Assembly (NCBI GenBank): GCA_951801655.1
Contig: CATONV010000001.1
Location: 21,439 to 85,438, forward strand
DNA from: an uncultured Oscillospiraceae bacterium
GTDB lineage: Bacteria; Bacillota; Clostridia; Oscillospirales; Oscillospiraceae
DNA length: 64,000 nt
Direction: 5' to 3'
Shown here piece by piece: positions 27,315 through 36,390 of the stretch. A model generated the notes under the pieces. It worked only from the letters and a program-made list of their open reading frames with translations, was not told the DNA's origin and made no database searches. The position numbers were made by a program, and so were the translations under genes. Within the stretch, counting starts at the first letter, position 1; each line of letters opens with the position of its first letter.

Positions 27315-28232
27315 ATGGATCTCACCGATGTGGAGATGTTTTTGACCATCGTCAACACCAAGAGCATTTCGAAAACAGCCGAGACCCTGTTCCTCTCCCA
27401 ACCCACCATCAGCCACCGACTGAAAACCCTGGAGAAGGAGCTGGACTTCTCCCTGATCGTGCGCAGCAAGGGCTTTAAGCAGATCGAGCTCACCCCCGAG
27501 GGGGTGGAGTTCATCCCCATCGCCGAGAGGATGCTCTCCCTGTGGAAGGAGACCCGCCTTCTCAAGCGCAGCCGGGACCGGGTGCTGCTGTCGGTGGGGT
27601 GTACCGACAGCGTCAACGTGGCCCTGCTGGCCCCCTTTTACCGGGAGCTGATGGGACCGGACTCCATCGTAGATCTGGATATCCGCACCCACCAGTCGCC
27701 GGAGCTGTACGGCATCCTGGACAACCACGACATCGACGTGGCCTTTGTCTTTTACCATCTGTACTATAAAAATATCATCTGCCAGCGGGTATTTCAGGAA
27801 AAATTTTACCTGATCCAGTCCGCCGAACCGGCGGTGGCTAAGCCGCTGGTTCACACCGAGGAGCTGGACGCCTCCCGGGAGATCTTCCTCAAGTGGGACG
27901 ACCCCTACCAGCTCTGGCACAACCAATGGCTGACCAACTACGCCCGCCCCTGCGTCTCCACCGACACCATCACGCTGGCCCGCCGCCTGTGGCAGGAGGG
28001 GGAGAGCTGGATGATCGCCCCCGAGTCGGTGGTCTGCGACATAGCGCAGGTCCGGCCTGTCTACGTCAGCGAGCTTCAAAACCCGCCTCCCGACCGGTGC
28101 TGCTACAAAATCACCCACCGCTTCCCCCTGGTTACCAGCGAGGCCGCTCTGGAGTACTTTGAGGAACAGCTGGCCCTGTATCTGGAGAAGCTGAAATTTG
28201 ACATCCCAATCGGGCAGGTGTTCAGCCTCTAA
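27315..28232 (+). CDS. LysR-family transcriptional regulator
   Basis: SISKTAETLFLSQPTISHRLKTLEKEL...LTPEG. Confidence 0.95.
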   Translation: MDLTDVEMFLTIVNTKSISKTAETLFLSQPTISHRLKTLEKELDFSLIVRSKGFKQIELTPEGVEFIPIAERMLSLWKETRLLKRSRDRVLLSVGCTDSVNVALLAPFYRELMGPDSIVDLDIRTHQSPELYGILDNHDIDVAFVFYHLYYKNIICQRVFQEKFYLIQSAEPAVAKPLVHTEELDASREIFLKWDDPYQLWHNQWLTNYARPCVSTDTITLARRLWQEGESWMIAPESVVCDIAQVRPVYVSELQNPPPDRCCYKITHRFPLVTSEAALEYFEEQLALYLEKLKFDIPIGQVFSL

Positions 28233-29397
28233 GGGCCTCTACCGCTTTTTTCAGCCTCTCCATAGCCTCCACAATGCGCTCGTAGCTACATGCGTAGGAC
28301 AGCCGGATGTACCCCTCGCCCTGGGGCCCGAAGGCAGAGCCGGGCACGGCGGCGATTTTGGCGTTCTCCAGCAGGTAGTCGGCCATCTCGGCGGAGGTCT
28401 TGCCCAGGCTCTTGATATTGACGAAGATGTAGAAGGCGCCGCCGGGTGTCTTACAGCTCAGGCCGTCAATGGCATTGATGGCGGACACGATGTAGTCCCG
28501 CCGGCGCTGATACTCCTTTACCATCTCCTGCACGTCGGGTTCGGCCTTCTCCAGGGCTGTGATGCCGGCCTCCTGTACAAAGGAGGGGGCGCAGGTGTTG
28601 ATGTAGGCGTGAACCCGGACCATGGCCTTGATGAATTCCACCGGGGCGGCCACATAGCCCAGGCGCCAGCCCGTCATGGAGTAGCACTTGGAGAACCCGT
28701 TAAGGGTGATAGTCCTCTCCTTCATGCCGGGCAGGGCGGCAATACTGATATGCCTGGCCTCGCCGTAGACCAGCTTCTCGTAAATTTCATCGGACACCAC
28801 GATCAGGTCATGCTTTTTGGCGATCTCCGCCAGCCTTTCCAGAGTGGCCATGGACTGGACCACGCCGGTAGGGTTGCCGGGGGTGTTGATCACCAGCATT
28901 TTGGTCTTTTCGGTGATGAGGCCCTCGATCTCGTCCAGGTCGATCTGGTAGTCGTTCTCCTCCCGCAGCTTGTAGCTGACAGGCACGGCGCCGAAGAAGT
29001 GGGGCACGTGGATGTAGTTGAGCCACACCGGGTCGGGGACCAGAATCTCGTCGCCCGGCTCGGTGAAGGCGGCCACGGCGGCGTAGGTGCCCTCGCCCAC
29101 GCCGATGGTCACCAGAATCTCCTCGGCCTCGTAGTTGATGTTGTTGTCCCGCTTAAGCTTGTCGGCGATGGCCTGGCGCAGCTCCGGAGTGCCGTAGTTA
29201 GAGGTATAGAACACGTTGCCGTTGGCCAACGCCCTGTTGGCGGCCTGCTTGATAACCTCGGGGGTGTCGAAGTCAGGGCGTCCAATCTCCATGTGGATGA
29301 CGTCCTCGCCGTTTTTCTGCATCCGGGTAGCTTTCTCCATCATAACGCGGATCTCGGAGAAGGGAAGGGCTTCCATGCGGCTGGCAGCTTTAAACAT
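28222..29397 (-). CDS. Aspartate/aromatic-type class I aminotransferase
   Basis: IGRPDFDTP, NTPGNPTG, SDEIYE, NGFSKCYSMTGWRLGY, IRLSYA. Confidence 0.93.
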   Translation of the reverse strand: MFKAASRMEALPFSEIRVMMEKATRMQKNGEDVIHMEIGRPDFDTPEVIKQAANRALANGNVFYTSNYGTPELRQAIADKLKRDNNINYEAEEILVTIGVGEGTYAAVAAFTEPGDEILVPDPVWLNYIHVPHFFGAVPVSYKLREENDYQIDLDEIEGLITEKTKMLVINTPGNPTGVVQSMATLERLAEIAKKHDLIVVSDEIYEKLVYGEARHISIAALPGMKERTITLNGFSKCYSMTGWRLGYVAAPVEFIKAMVRVHAYINTCAPSFVQEAGITALEKAEPDVQEMVKEYQRRRDYIVSAINAIDGLSCKTPGGAFYIFVNIKSLGKTSAEMADYLLENAKIAAVPGSAFGPQGEGYIRLSYACSYERIVEAMERLKKAVEALRG

Positions 29398-29475
29398 GAT
29401 TCATTCTCCTTTCGGTTGGTGATCTCAATATAACGCAAACTTTAATATTTGTAAAATAAATAATTTATATTTTAA

Positions 29476-29496
29476 ATATCTCAAAATTTTATATTT
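29476..29496. promoter_or_regulatory. LysR box 2
   Basis: ATATCTCAAAATTTTATATTT upstream of the aminotransferase. Confidence 0.55.
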
Positions 29497-30724
29497 AACT
29501 GTCGATCAGAACCACCGCCACGTCGTTGACATTGGTTCCGGTGGGGCCGGTAATAATCAGGCCGTCCGCCTTGGCCAAGGCGTGGTAGGCGTCGTTGTTC
29601 TCCAGCACCTGGTAGATGGACAGGCCCTTCTCCCGGAGAAGGGAGGCCGTCTGACCATCCACTATGCCGCCGGCGGCGTCGGTGGGGCCGTCGGTGCCGT
29701 CGGAGCCCAGGGAGAAGACCAGCACATGGTCCAGCCCGTCGATGCCCGCCGCGGCGGACAGGGCCAGCTCCTGATTGCGGCCTCCCTTGCCGGTGCCGGT
29801 GAGTCTGACCACCGTCTCGCCCCCCGCCAGGAAGGCCAGCTTCCTGCCCTGTCCCTGGTGGGTGCGGGCTACGCAGGCCAGGAAGGACCCGGCCTCCCTC
29901 GCCTGACAGCACAGCTGATCGGTCAGTGTCACGGTCTCGTAGCCCAGCTCCCGGGCGGCCCGGGCGGCGGCTTCGCACAGCTCCCGAACGCTGCCGGTGA
30001 TCTGGGTCTCTACGTTGTCCAGCTCCTTGGGCGTCTCCTGAGCCAACAGCTCTTTAACCCGTGGAGTAAGGGAGAGGCGGTACTTCTCCGCGATGGCCAG
30101 GGCCTGCTCGCAGGTGGAGTGGTCGGCGCAGGCGGGGCCGGAGGCGATCATGTCCAGGGGGTCGCCCAGAATGTCGCTGAGGACGATGGCGAACACCCTG
30201 GCGGGTTTGCACAGCTGTGCGAACCGCCCGCCCTTCACGGCGGACAGCCGCTTGCGGATAGTGTTCATCTCCACAATGTCCGCCCCGCTGGACAGCAGCT
30301 GGCTGGTGAGGTCCTGAAGCCCCTCTCCGGGGATGAGGGGCTTTTCAAACAGGGCACTCCCTCCGCCGGACAGCAGGAAGATAACCGTGTCCCTCTCCGT
30401 CAGGCCGGACACCAGGTCCAGCACCGCCTGGGTGCCCCGGAAGGAGTTCTCGTCAGGGACGGGGTGGCCCGCCTCGTAACAGGCGCAGCCGGGAATCTCG
30501 CCGGCCACGTGGCCGTACTTGGTGACCACCACACCGGCGCTGATCCGGTCGCCCAGGCAGTCCCGGGCGGCTTTGGCCATCTGCCAGGCCGCCTTGCCTG
30601 CCGCCGCCAGCACCACCCGACCGGGAAATTCCCGGCCCTGAAGGGCCCGCCGGACGGCGGCGTCCGGCTGTACCGCCCGAATGGAGGCGGAGATTATGGT
30701 CTGAGCATCGGAACGCAAACTCAT
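29495..30724 (-). CDS. Glycerate 2-kinase (MOFRL/TtuD family)
   Basis: GKAAWQMA, AGHPVPD, LSGGGSAL, GGETVV, GGRNQE, SDGTDG, TGTNVND. Confidence 0.93.
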   Translation of the reverse strand: MSLRSDAQTIISASIRAVQPDAAVRRALQGREFPGRVVLAAAGKAAWQMAKAARDCLGDRISAGVVVTKYGHVAGEIPGCACYEAGHPVPDENSFRGTQAVLDLVSGLTERDTVIFLLSGGGSALFEKPLIPGEGLQDLTSQLLSSGADIVEMNTIRKRLSAVKGGRFAQLCKPARVFAIVLSDILGDPLDMIASGPACADHSTCEQALAIAEKYRLSLTPRVKELLAQETPKELDNVETQITGSVRELCEAAARAARELGYETVTLTDQLCCQAREAGSFLACVARTHQGQGRKLAFLAGGETVVRLTGTGKGGRNQELALSAAAGIDGLDHVLVFSLGSDGTDGPTDAAGGIVDGQTASLLREKGLSIYQVLENNDAYHALAKADGLIITGPTGTNVNDVAVVLIDS

Positions 30725-30742
30725 AGAGTGGCTCCTCCCCTC

Positions 30743-31711
30743 TTATTTCATGTTGACCACATTGACGGGCTTACCGTCCAGATAGGCCCGGACGTTGGCC
30801 ACGGCGCAGTCCATGATGCGCTGGCGGCTCTCCTTGGGCGCCCAGGAGATATGGGGGGTAATGATACAGTTTTTAGCCTTCAGCAGGGGGTTGTCCACCC
30901 GGATGGGCTCGGTGTACACCACGTCCAGGCCGGCGGCCCCCATTTTACCGCTGTTCAGCGCATCGGCCACGTCCTGCTCGTTGATGAGCTGGCCCCGGGC
31001 GTTGTTGATGAGGATGACGCCGTCCTTCATCTTGGCGATGGAGTCCTTGTTGATCATGCAGGTGTTCTCCGGTGTCAGGTTGCAGTGGAGGGTGATCACG
31101 TCGGACCGGGCATAGAGGGTGTCCAGGTCCACATACTCGGCGATCTCCCGTCCGGAGTCGTTGGGGTACAGATCATAGGCCAGCACCTTCATTCCCATGG
31201 CCCTGGCGATGCGGCCCTCGGTCTGGCCGATTCGGCCAAATCCAATGATCCCGATGGTCTTTCCCTCCAGCTCAATCAGGGGATAGTCCCAGTAGCACCA
31301 GTCGATGCAGCTGGCCCAGCTGCCAGCGTGGACGGAGGCGTCGTGATGGCCGATGTGGTGGCACACCTCCAGCAGCAGGGCAATGGAAAACTGGCTCACG
31401 GAGGCGGTGCCATAGGTGGGCACATTGGTAACGGGGATCCCCTTCGACCCGGCGTAGACGTAGTCCACCACGTTGTAGCCGGTGGCCAGCATGGAGATCA
31501 TCTTCATACCAGGGCAAGCGTCAATGACCTTTTTGGTAATGGGGGTCTTGTTGGTGAACACGACCTCCGCGTCTGCGATGCGGGCGATGGCCTCGTCCTC
31601 GTCGGTCAGGCTGGTGCGGTCATAGACCGTCAGCTCCCCCAGCTTGCCCAGCTCCTCCCAGCTCAAATCGCCGGGATTTTCGGTGTACCCATCCAATACA
31701 ACAATTTTCAT
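30743..31711 (-). CDS. D-2-hydroxyacid dehydrogenase (glycerate dehydrogenase / hydroxypyruvate-glyoxylate reductase-like)
   Basis: MKIVVLDGYTENPGDLSW, GIIGFGRIG, INNARG, GLDVVYTEP, ITPHISW. Confidence 0.92.
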   Translation of the reverse strand: MKIVVLDGYTENPGDLSWEELGKLGELTVYDRTSLTDEDEAIARIADAEVVFTNKTPITKKVIDACPGMKMISMLATGYNVVDYVYAGSKGIPVTNVPTYGTASVSQFSIALLLEVCHHIGHHDASVHAGSWASCIDWCYWDYPLIELEGKTIGIIGFGRIGQTEGRIARAMGMKVLAYDLYPNDSGREIAEYVDLDTLYARSDVITLHCNLTPENTCMINKDSIAKMKDGVILINNARGQLINEQDVADALNSGKMGAAGLDVVYTEPIRVDNPLLKAKNCIITPHISWAPKESRQRIMDCAVANVRAYLDGKPVNVVNMK

Positions 31712-31808
31712 AAAACATGACCCTCCCATATATAATGTGTGCCAATTTTGGTACTTCCGAGTATAGCACACCCGATATATTCAAGCAAATAGATAATTTT
31801 TCGCATCT

Positions 31809-31877
31809 TTATTCAAAAAATCGATATTTGTCAATCTGACGAAAAACCGTCAATAAATATAGAAATTCAGAATATTT
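31809..31877. promoter_or_regulatory. LysR boxes 3 and 4 in the divergent promoter region
   Basis: TTATTCAAAAAATCGATATTT (31809-31829) and ATATAGAAATTCAGAATATTT (31857-31877). Confidence 0.55.
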
Positions 31878-31976
31878 TCTCCTCAAATTATTCATTTTAC
31901 CAAATACCACTCCCATGATATACTGTGTCCAGCAAGACAAAGGCGCAGAAAAATATCAAATCAAGGAGTGACCAAC

Positions 31977-33308
31977 ATGGGAGAAAAAGCACGTAAAAAC
32001 TTTGTCAAGCGCATGATTACCGGTCTGGTCCTGGGCGTGATCTGCGGCATCGTTGCCAGCCTGGCCAAGACCTCCATAGACCCCGGCACCTGGAACATCA
32101 TCAACATGATCTTTTTCCAGGATATCACCGTCAGCGCCGGGCGCAGCGCCCTGGGCCTATTTTACATTGTCCAGACCCTGTTTACCAACGCCCTGAAGCT
32201 GGCCATTGTCCCGATGGTGTTTTTCTCCATCATCATGTCGGTGTGCAGCATGAACGACATGCGCAAGCTGGGCCGCATCGCCGGCAAGACCATCATCACC
32301 TTCGTTTTGTTCTATCTGGTAGCCTGCGTCTTCGCCGCCGTCTGTTCCGAGATTGTCATCGGCATGAACATCTACCGCCCCTTCCAGGTGGACCAGGCCG
32401 CCGCCAATGTCACCGAGATTGAGACCAGCAACATTCTGGTCACCATCGTCAACGCGGTGCCCGACAATCTGATTTCCCCCATGACCTCCAATAACCGGAT
32501 GCTGGCCGTTATCACCTGCGCGGTGATCGTGGGAGTGTGCATTGCCTCCATGGGCGGCAAGATTACCGTGTTCAAAACCTTCTGCGACGAGGCCGGCCAG
32601 ATCACCCAGAAGTTCCTGGACTTCCTCATCATCACCTGCTCCCCCATCTCCGTGTTCTGCATGGTAACCCGCACCTTCGCCATCTACGGCATTGACCAGG
32701 TGAGTAACATCTTCTCCTACATCCTGGTCACCCTCATTGTGCTGATTATCTACCTGCTGGTGGCCTATCCTGTAGCCATCGGCGCCGTCACTCACTGCAA
32801 CCCCTACATCTTTATGAAGAAAATGATTAAAGTGGCCATTATCGCCTTCGGCGCCGCCGCCTCCGCTCCCGCCCTGCCTCTGAATAAGGAGACCTGCGTG
32901 AAGGAGCTGGGCTGCAGCGAGGAGATCACCAACTTCGTCCTCCCCGTGGGCATGACCATCAACATGAACGGCACCGCCATCATGCACATCATCGGCGCCG
33001 CCTTCATCGCCACCTGCGCCGGCCTGGAGGTCACCCCCATGCACTACGCCACCATGACTCTGCTGGCCATCTGCGCCTCCATGGGTACCCCGGCCATCCC
33101 CGCCGCCGGTACGGTCATGCTGTACGCGGTTCTCACCGGCGCCGGCTTCGGCACCGAGCTGTGTACGCTGATCTACTCCCTGATCCTGGCTATGAACAAG
33201 CCCTGCGAGATGGTGCTGACCACCCTGAACGTGGTGGGCGACGCCGCCACCACCGTGATTGTGGCCAAGAGCGAGAACGAGTTCGACGCCAAGGTCTACA
33301 ACAGCTGA
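31977..33308 (+). CDS. Dicarboxylate/amino acid:cation symporter (DAACS/GltP family)
   Basis: LKLAIVPMVF, LGRIAGKT, VLPVGMTINMNGTA, TTLNVVGD; ATG 31977 follows AAGGAG. Confidence 0.92.
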   Translation: MGEKARKNFVKRMITGLVLGVICGIVASLAKTSIDPGTWNIINMIFFQDITVSAGRSALGLFYIVQTLFTNALKLAIVPMVFFSIIMSVCSMNDMRKLGRIAGKTIITFVLFYLVACVFAAVCSEIVIGMNIYRPFQVDQAAANVTEIETSNILVTIVNAVPDNLISPMTSNNRMLAVITCAVIVGVCIASMGGKITVFKTFCDEAGQITQKFLDFLIITCSPISVFCMVTRTFAIYGIDQVSNIFSYILVTLIVLIIYLLVAYPVAIGAVTHCNPYIFMKKMIKVAIIAFGAAASAPALPLNKETCVKELGCSEEITNFVLPVGMTINMNGTAIMHIIGAAFIATCAGLEVTPMHYATMTLLAICASMGTPAIPAAGTVMLYAVLTGAGFGTELCTLIYSLILAMNKPCEMVLTTLNVVGDAATTVIVAKSENEFDAKVYNS

Positions 33309-33462
33309 TTCCAATCTTCCCAAATCCTGTTCCCGCCCCTCCGGGGGCGGGAATATAGCCGCCAATCGTGTTTCCCTGCCCACAGGACGGGGAAACATCG
33401 TAAAAACTCGCTGTTTTTACGCGGCGGCTGTATCAAAATCTGTTTGGATGGAGGAAAAAGCC

Positions 33463-34191
33463 GTGTCTGACTACACCCTGCGCTATGTGGGCGACCAGGC
33501 CCTTCTGGTGGAGTTTGAGAACGAGATCAGCATGGAGGTCAACCAGAAGGTCCGGGCCCTGAAATTTGATCTGGAACACAAGCAAATCCCCGGCATGGGG
33601 GAGCTCGTCCCCACCTACCGGGCTTTGCTTCTCCACTACGACCCGCTGAAGGCGGATCTGGACCGGCTGAAGGAAGAGATCCAGCAATCCGCCGCCCGTA
33701 TGGACCTGTCTCGGCTGCCCAAGTCCATTGTGACGGAGATCCCCGTCCTCTACGAGGGGGAGTACGCCCTGGACCTGGAGGAGATCGCCAGGCTGGAGAA
33801 CACCACCCCCGGGGAAATCATCAAAATCCACAGCGGCAGCGACTACTACGTATACATGCTGGGCTTCGCCCCCGGACACCCCTACACCGCCCGGTTTGAG
33901 AACCCCTTCTCCTTCAAGCGGCGGGAGACTCCCCGGGTGCGCATCCCCGGCGGCAGCATTGTGGTCCAGCTGGCCCTCAGCGACATCATCCCCTTCGACC
34001 AGCCCTGCGGCTGGAACATCATCGGTACCACCCCCATTCTGGCCTGCGACTACCGCAAAGAAAATCCCTTCCTGCTGAAGGCCGGCCAGTGGATTCGCCA
34101 CATTCCCATTGACAAGGCGGAGTTTCTGGAGATTAAACGGCAGGTGGAGCTGGGCGAGTACCAGTGCAGAACTTATGAGAGGGGGCAGTGA
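33463..34191 (+). CDS. pxpB: 5-oxoprolinase subunit B (KipI-like)
   Basis: GTG start after GGAGG; GDQALLVEF, VPTYRALL, EIPVLY, YMLGFAPG, GWNIIGTTP. Confidence 0.9.
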   Translation: MSDYTLRYVGDQALLVEFENEISMEVNQKVRALKFDLEHKQIPGMGELVPTYRALLLHYDPLKADLDRLKEEIQQSAARMDLSRLPKSIVTEIPVLYEGEYALDLEEIARLENTTPGEIIKIHSGSDYYVYMLGFAPGHPYTARFENPFSFKRRETPRVRIPGGSIVVQLALSDIIPFDQPCGWNIIGTTPILACDYRKENPFLLKAGQWIRHIPIDKAEFLEIKRQVELGEYQCRTYERGQ

Positions 34192-35231
34192 CCATGGGCT
34201 TTGTAACAGAGAATCCCGGCGTTCTGACTACCATTCAGGATGAGGGCCGCCGCGGCTACGAGCAGTTCGGCATGTCCCCGGCGGGGCCCATGGACCTGCG
34301 GGCCTTCCACACCGCCAATATCCTGGTGGGCAACCCGGCCGGGGAAAGTGCCCTGGAGGCCACCGTTCTGGGGCCCGTCCTGCGCTTTGACCAGGACAAC
34401 GTAATCGCCGTTACCGGGGCGGACATGGGCCCCGCCCTCAATGGCCAGCCCTGCCCCATGGATCAGGCGGTGGCGGTGAAGGCGGGGGACCTGCTGGAGC
34501 TGGGGGCGGCAAAAACCGGCTGCCGGGCCTATATCGCCTTCGCCGGGGGGCTGGACGTGCCCCTGGTGATGGGCAGCCGGGCCACCGCCCTGCAAAACAA
34601 GGTGGGCGGCTGCCAGGGCCGCAAGCTGGCCAAGGGGGACCAGATCGGCTTCCGGACCCCCAACCCCGGGCTGCCCCTGCCCCGAACCGCCCCCGTCCCC
34701 GACCTCGGCGGGAGGGAGGTCACCATCCGGGTCGTCCTGGGTCCCCAGGACGACGCCTTCACCAGTGAAGGCATTCAAACCTTCCTGTCCCGGCCCTACA
34801 CCGTCAGCAAGGACTTTGACCGCATGGGCTGCCGCCTGGAGGGGCCGGTCATCCAGCACAAGACCGACGGTAACATCATCTCCGACGGCATGGTCACCGG
34901 GGCCATCCAGGTGCCCACCTCGGGTCAGCCCATCATCATGCTGGCCGAGAGACAGACGGTGGGAGGCTATACCAAAATTGCCACCGTCATCTCCGCCGAC
35001 CTGCCCCTGGTGGGCCAGCGGAAAACCGGCGACGTGATTCGCTTCCAGGCGGTAACGGTGGAGGAAGCCCACAGTCTCTGGCGGGACTTTAACCGGGAAC
35101 TGGAGGAGCTGAAAACGAACCTGGACCGGCCCCGTTCTACCCAACCCCATCCGGTACAGCCCGGCGGGATTGCCTATAAGGTCACGGTAAACGGACGGAC
35201 CTACCAGGTCCAGGTAGTAAAACATACGTAA
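34188..35231 (+). CDS. pxpC: 5-oxoprolinase subunit C (KipA-like)
   Basis: PGVLTTIQDEGR, ANILVGN, DRMGCRL, GAIQVP, QTVGGYTKIA; start may be ATG 34194. Confidence 0.9.
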   Translation: MTMGFVTENPGVLTTIQDEGRRGYEQFGMSPAGPMDLRAFHTANILVGNPAGESALEATVLGPVLRFDQDNVIAVTGADMGPALNGQPCPMDQAVAVKAGDLLELGAAKTGCRAYIAFAGGLDVPLVMGSRATALQNKVGGCQGRKLAKGDQIGFRTPNPGLPLPRTAPVPDLGGREVTIRVVLGPQDDAFTSEGIQTFLSRPYTVSKDFDRMGCRLEGPVIQHKTDGNIISDGMVTGAIQVPTSGQPIIMLAERQTVGGYTKIATVISADLPLVGQRKTGDVIRFQAVTVEEAHSLWRDFNRELEELKTNLDRPRSTQPHPVQPGGIAYKVTVNGRTYQVQVVKHT

Positions 35232-35242
35232 GGAGTGGAATT

Positions 35243-36001
35243 ATGTATCAGATCGACATGAACAGCGACATGGGCGAGAGCTTCGGCGCCTACAGGATCG
35301 GCAATGACGAGGGCATCCTGCCCTATGTCACCTCCGCCAACATCGCCTGCGGCTTCCACGCCGGCGACCCCATGGTGATGGACAAGGTGGTCAAAACTGC
35401 CAAAGCCAACGGCGTGGCGGTGGGGGCCCACCCCGGCTACCCGGATCTGATGGGCTTTGGCCGGAGGAAGATGGTCCTCAGCCCGGATGAGGTCAAAAAC
35501 TATATGAAGTACCAAATCGGCTCTCTGTGGGCTTTCGTCCACAGCAGCGGACTGAGTCTTCAGCACGTGGCCCCCCACGGGGCGCTGGGCAACCTGTGCC
35601 AGTATGACCGGGATGTTTCCCGGGCCATCTGCCAGGCGGTGTATGAGATCGACCCCTCTATTATGATCTTCTACTGTGCCGGCGCGGTGCTGGGTGAGGA
35701 GGCCGAGAATATGGGCCTGAAGACGGCGGCGGAAATCTTCGCCGACCGGGCCTACATGGACGATCTGTCTCTTGTACCCCGAAAGCAGCCCGGCTCCATG
35801 ATCACCGACGAGGACCTGGCAGTGGCGCGGTGTGTCCGCATGGTAAAGGAGGGCATGGTCACCACCATCACCGGCAAGGACGTGCCCATCCGGGGCGACA
35901 CCCTGTGCGTCCACGGCGATGGGGCCAAGGCCCTGGCCTTTGTGGAGAGAATCCGCAAGGCTTTCCTGGACGAGGGCATTCAGATTAAGAACTTTCAGTA
36001 A
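35243..36001 (+). CDS. pxpA: 5-oxoprolinase subunit A (LamB/YcsF)
   Basis: DMNSDMGESFG, SANIACGFHAGDP, GAHPGYPD, FADRAY, TLCVHGD. Confidence 0.95.
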   Translation: MYQIDMNSDMGESFGAYRIGNDEGILPYVTSANIACGFHAGDPMVMDKVVKTAKANGVAVGAHPGYPDLMGFGRRKMVLSPDEVKNYMKYQIGSLWAFVHSSGLSLQHVAPHGALGNLCQYDRDVSRAICQAVYEIDPSIMIFYCAGAVLGEEAENMGLKTAAEIFADRAYMDDLSLVPRKQPGSMITDEDLAVARCVRMVKEGMVTTITGKDVPIRGDTLCVHGDGAKALAFVERIRKAFLDEGIQIKNFQ

Positions 36002-36006
36002 GGCAC

Positions 36007-36048
36007 AAAAACAGGGTGTGCGGCCTGATGACCGCACACCCTGTTTTT
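36007..36048. terminator. Bidirectional intrinsic terminator
   Basis: AAAAACAGGGTGTGCGG-CCTGATGA-CCGCACACCCTGTTTTT. Confidence 0.9.
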
Positions 36049-36053
36049 GGGTT

Positions 36054-36377
36054 TTATGCCTCCTGATACAGCTCCAGAATCGCGCCGTCCTTCCAGACGA
36101 AGGCCAGCCGGTCGCCCTTGTCGTTGGCGGGCATGGGACCGCAGATCACGCTGTCAGCGTCAGCCACGTATTTCTCCAGGTCGTCCACCTTGTAGGCCAC
36201 ATGGGGGTGGCGGTGGATCTCCTCGGGGAAGGGGGTGCCCTCCTCGAATTTCAGGTACTCAATTTTGTAGTCGTAGTCGTCCACGCTGCTGACCCAGAAC
36301 TTGGCCCCCTCGTTGTAGACCATCCCGGGCTTGCGGTTGGTAATGGGAATCCCGATGTGCATATACTCAGCGGACAT
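36054..36377 (-). CDS. Small VOC/glyoxalase-like protein (107 aa)
   Basis: Start MSAEYMHIGIP after GGAGGAG; H-x-G, IEY, HVAYKVDDL, ILELYQ pattern of VOC metal ligands. Confidence 0.75.
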   Translation of the reverse strand: MSAEYMHIGIPITNRKPGMVYNEGAKFWVSSVDDYDYKIEYLKFEEGTPFPEEIHRHPHVAYKVDDLEKYVADADSVICGPMPANDKGDRLAFVWKDGAILELYQEA

Positions 36378-36390
36378 AGCTTCTCCTCCT

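Noticed and set aside
33328-33397. Two hairpins between the DAACS gene and pxpB as an ncRNA or riboswitch
   Set aside because: No recognisable family motif; more simply mRNA stability or processing stems.
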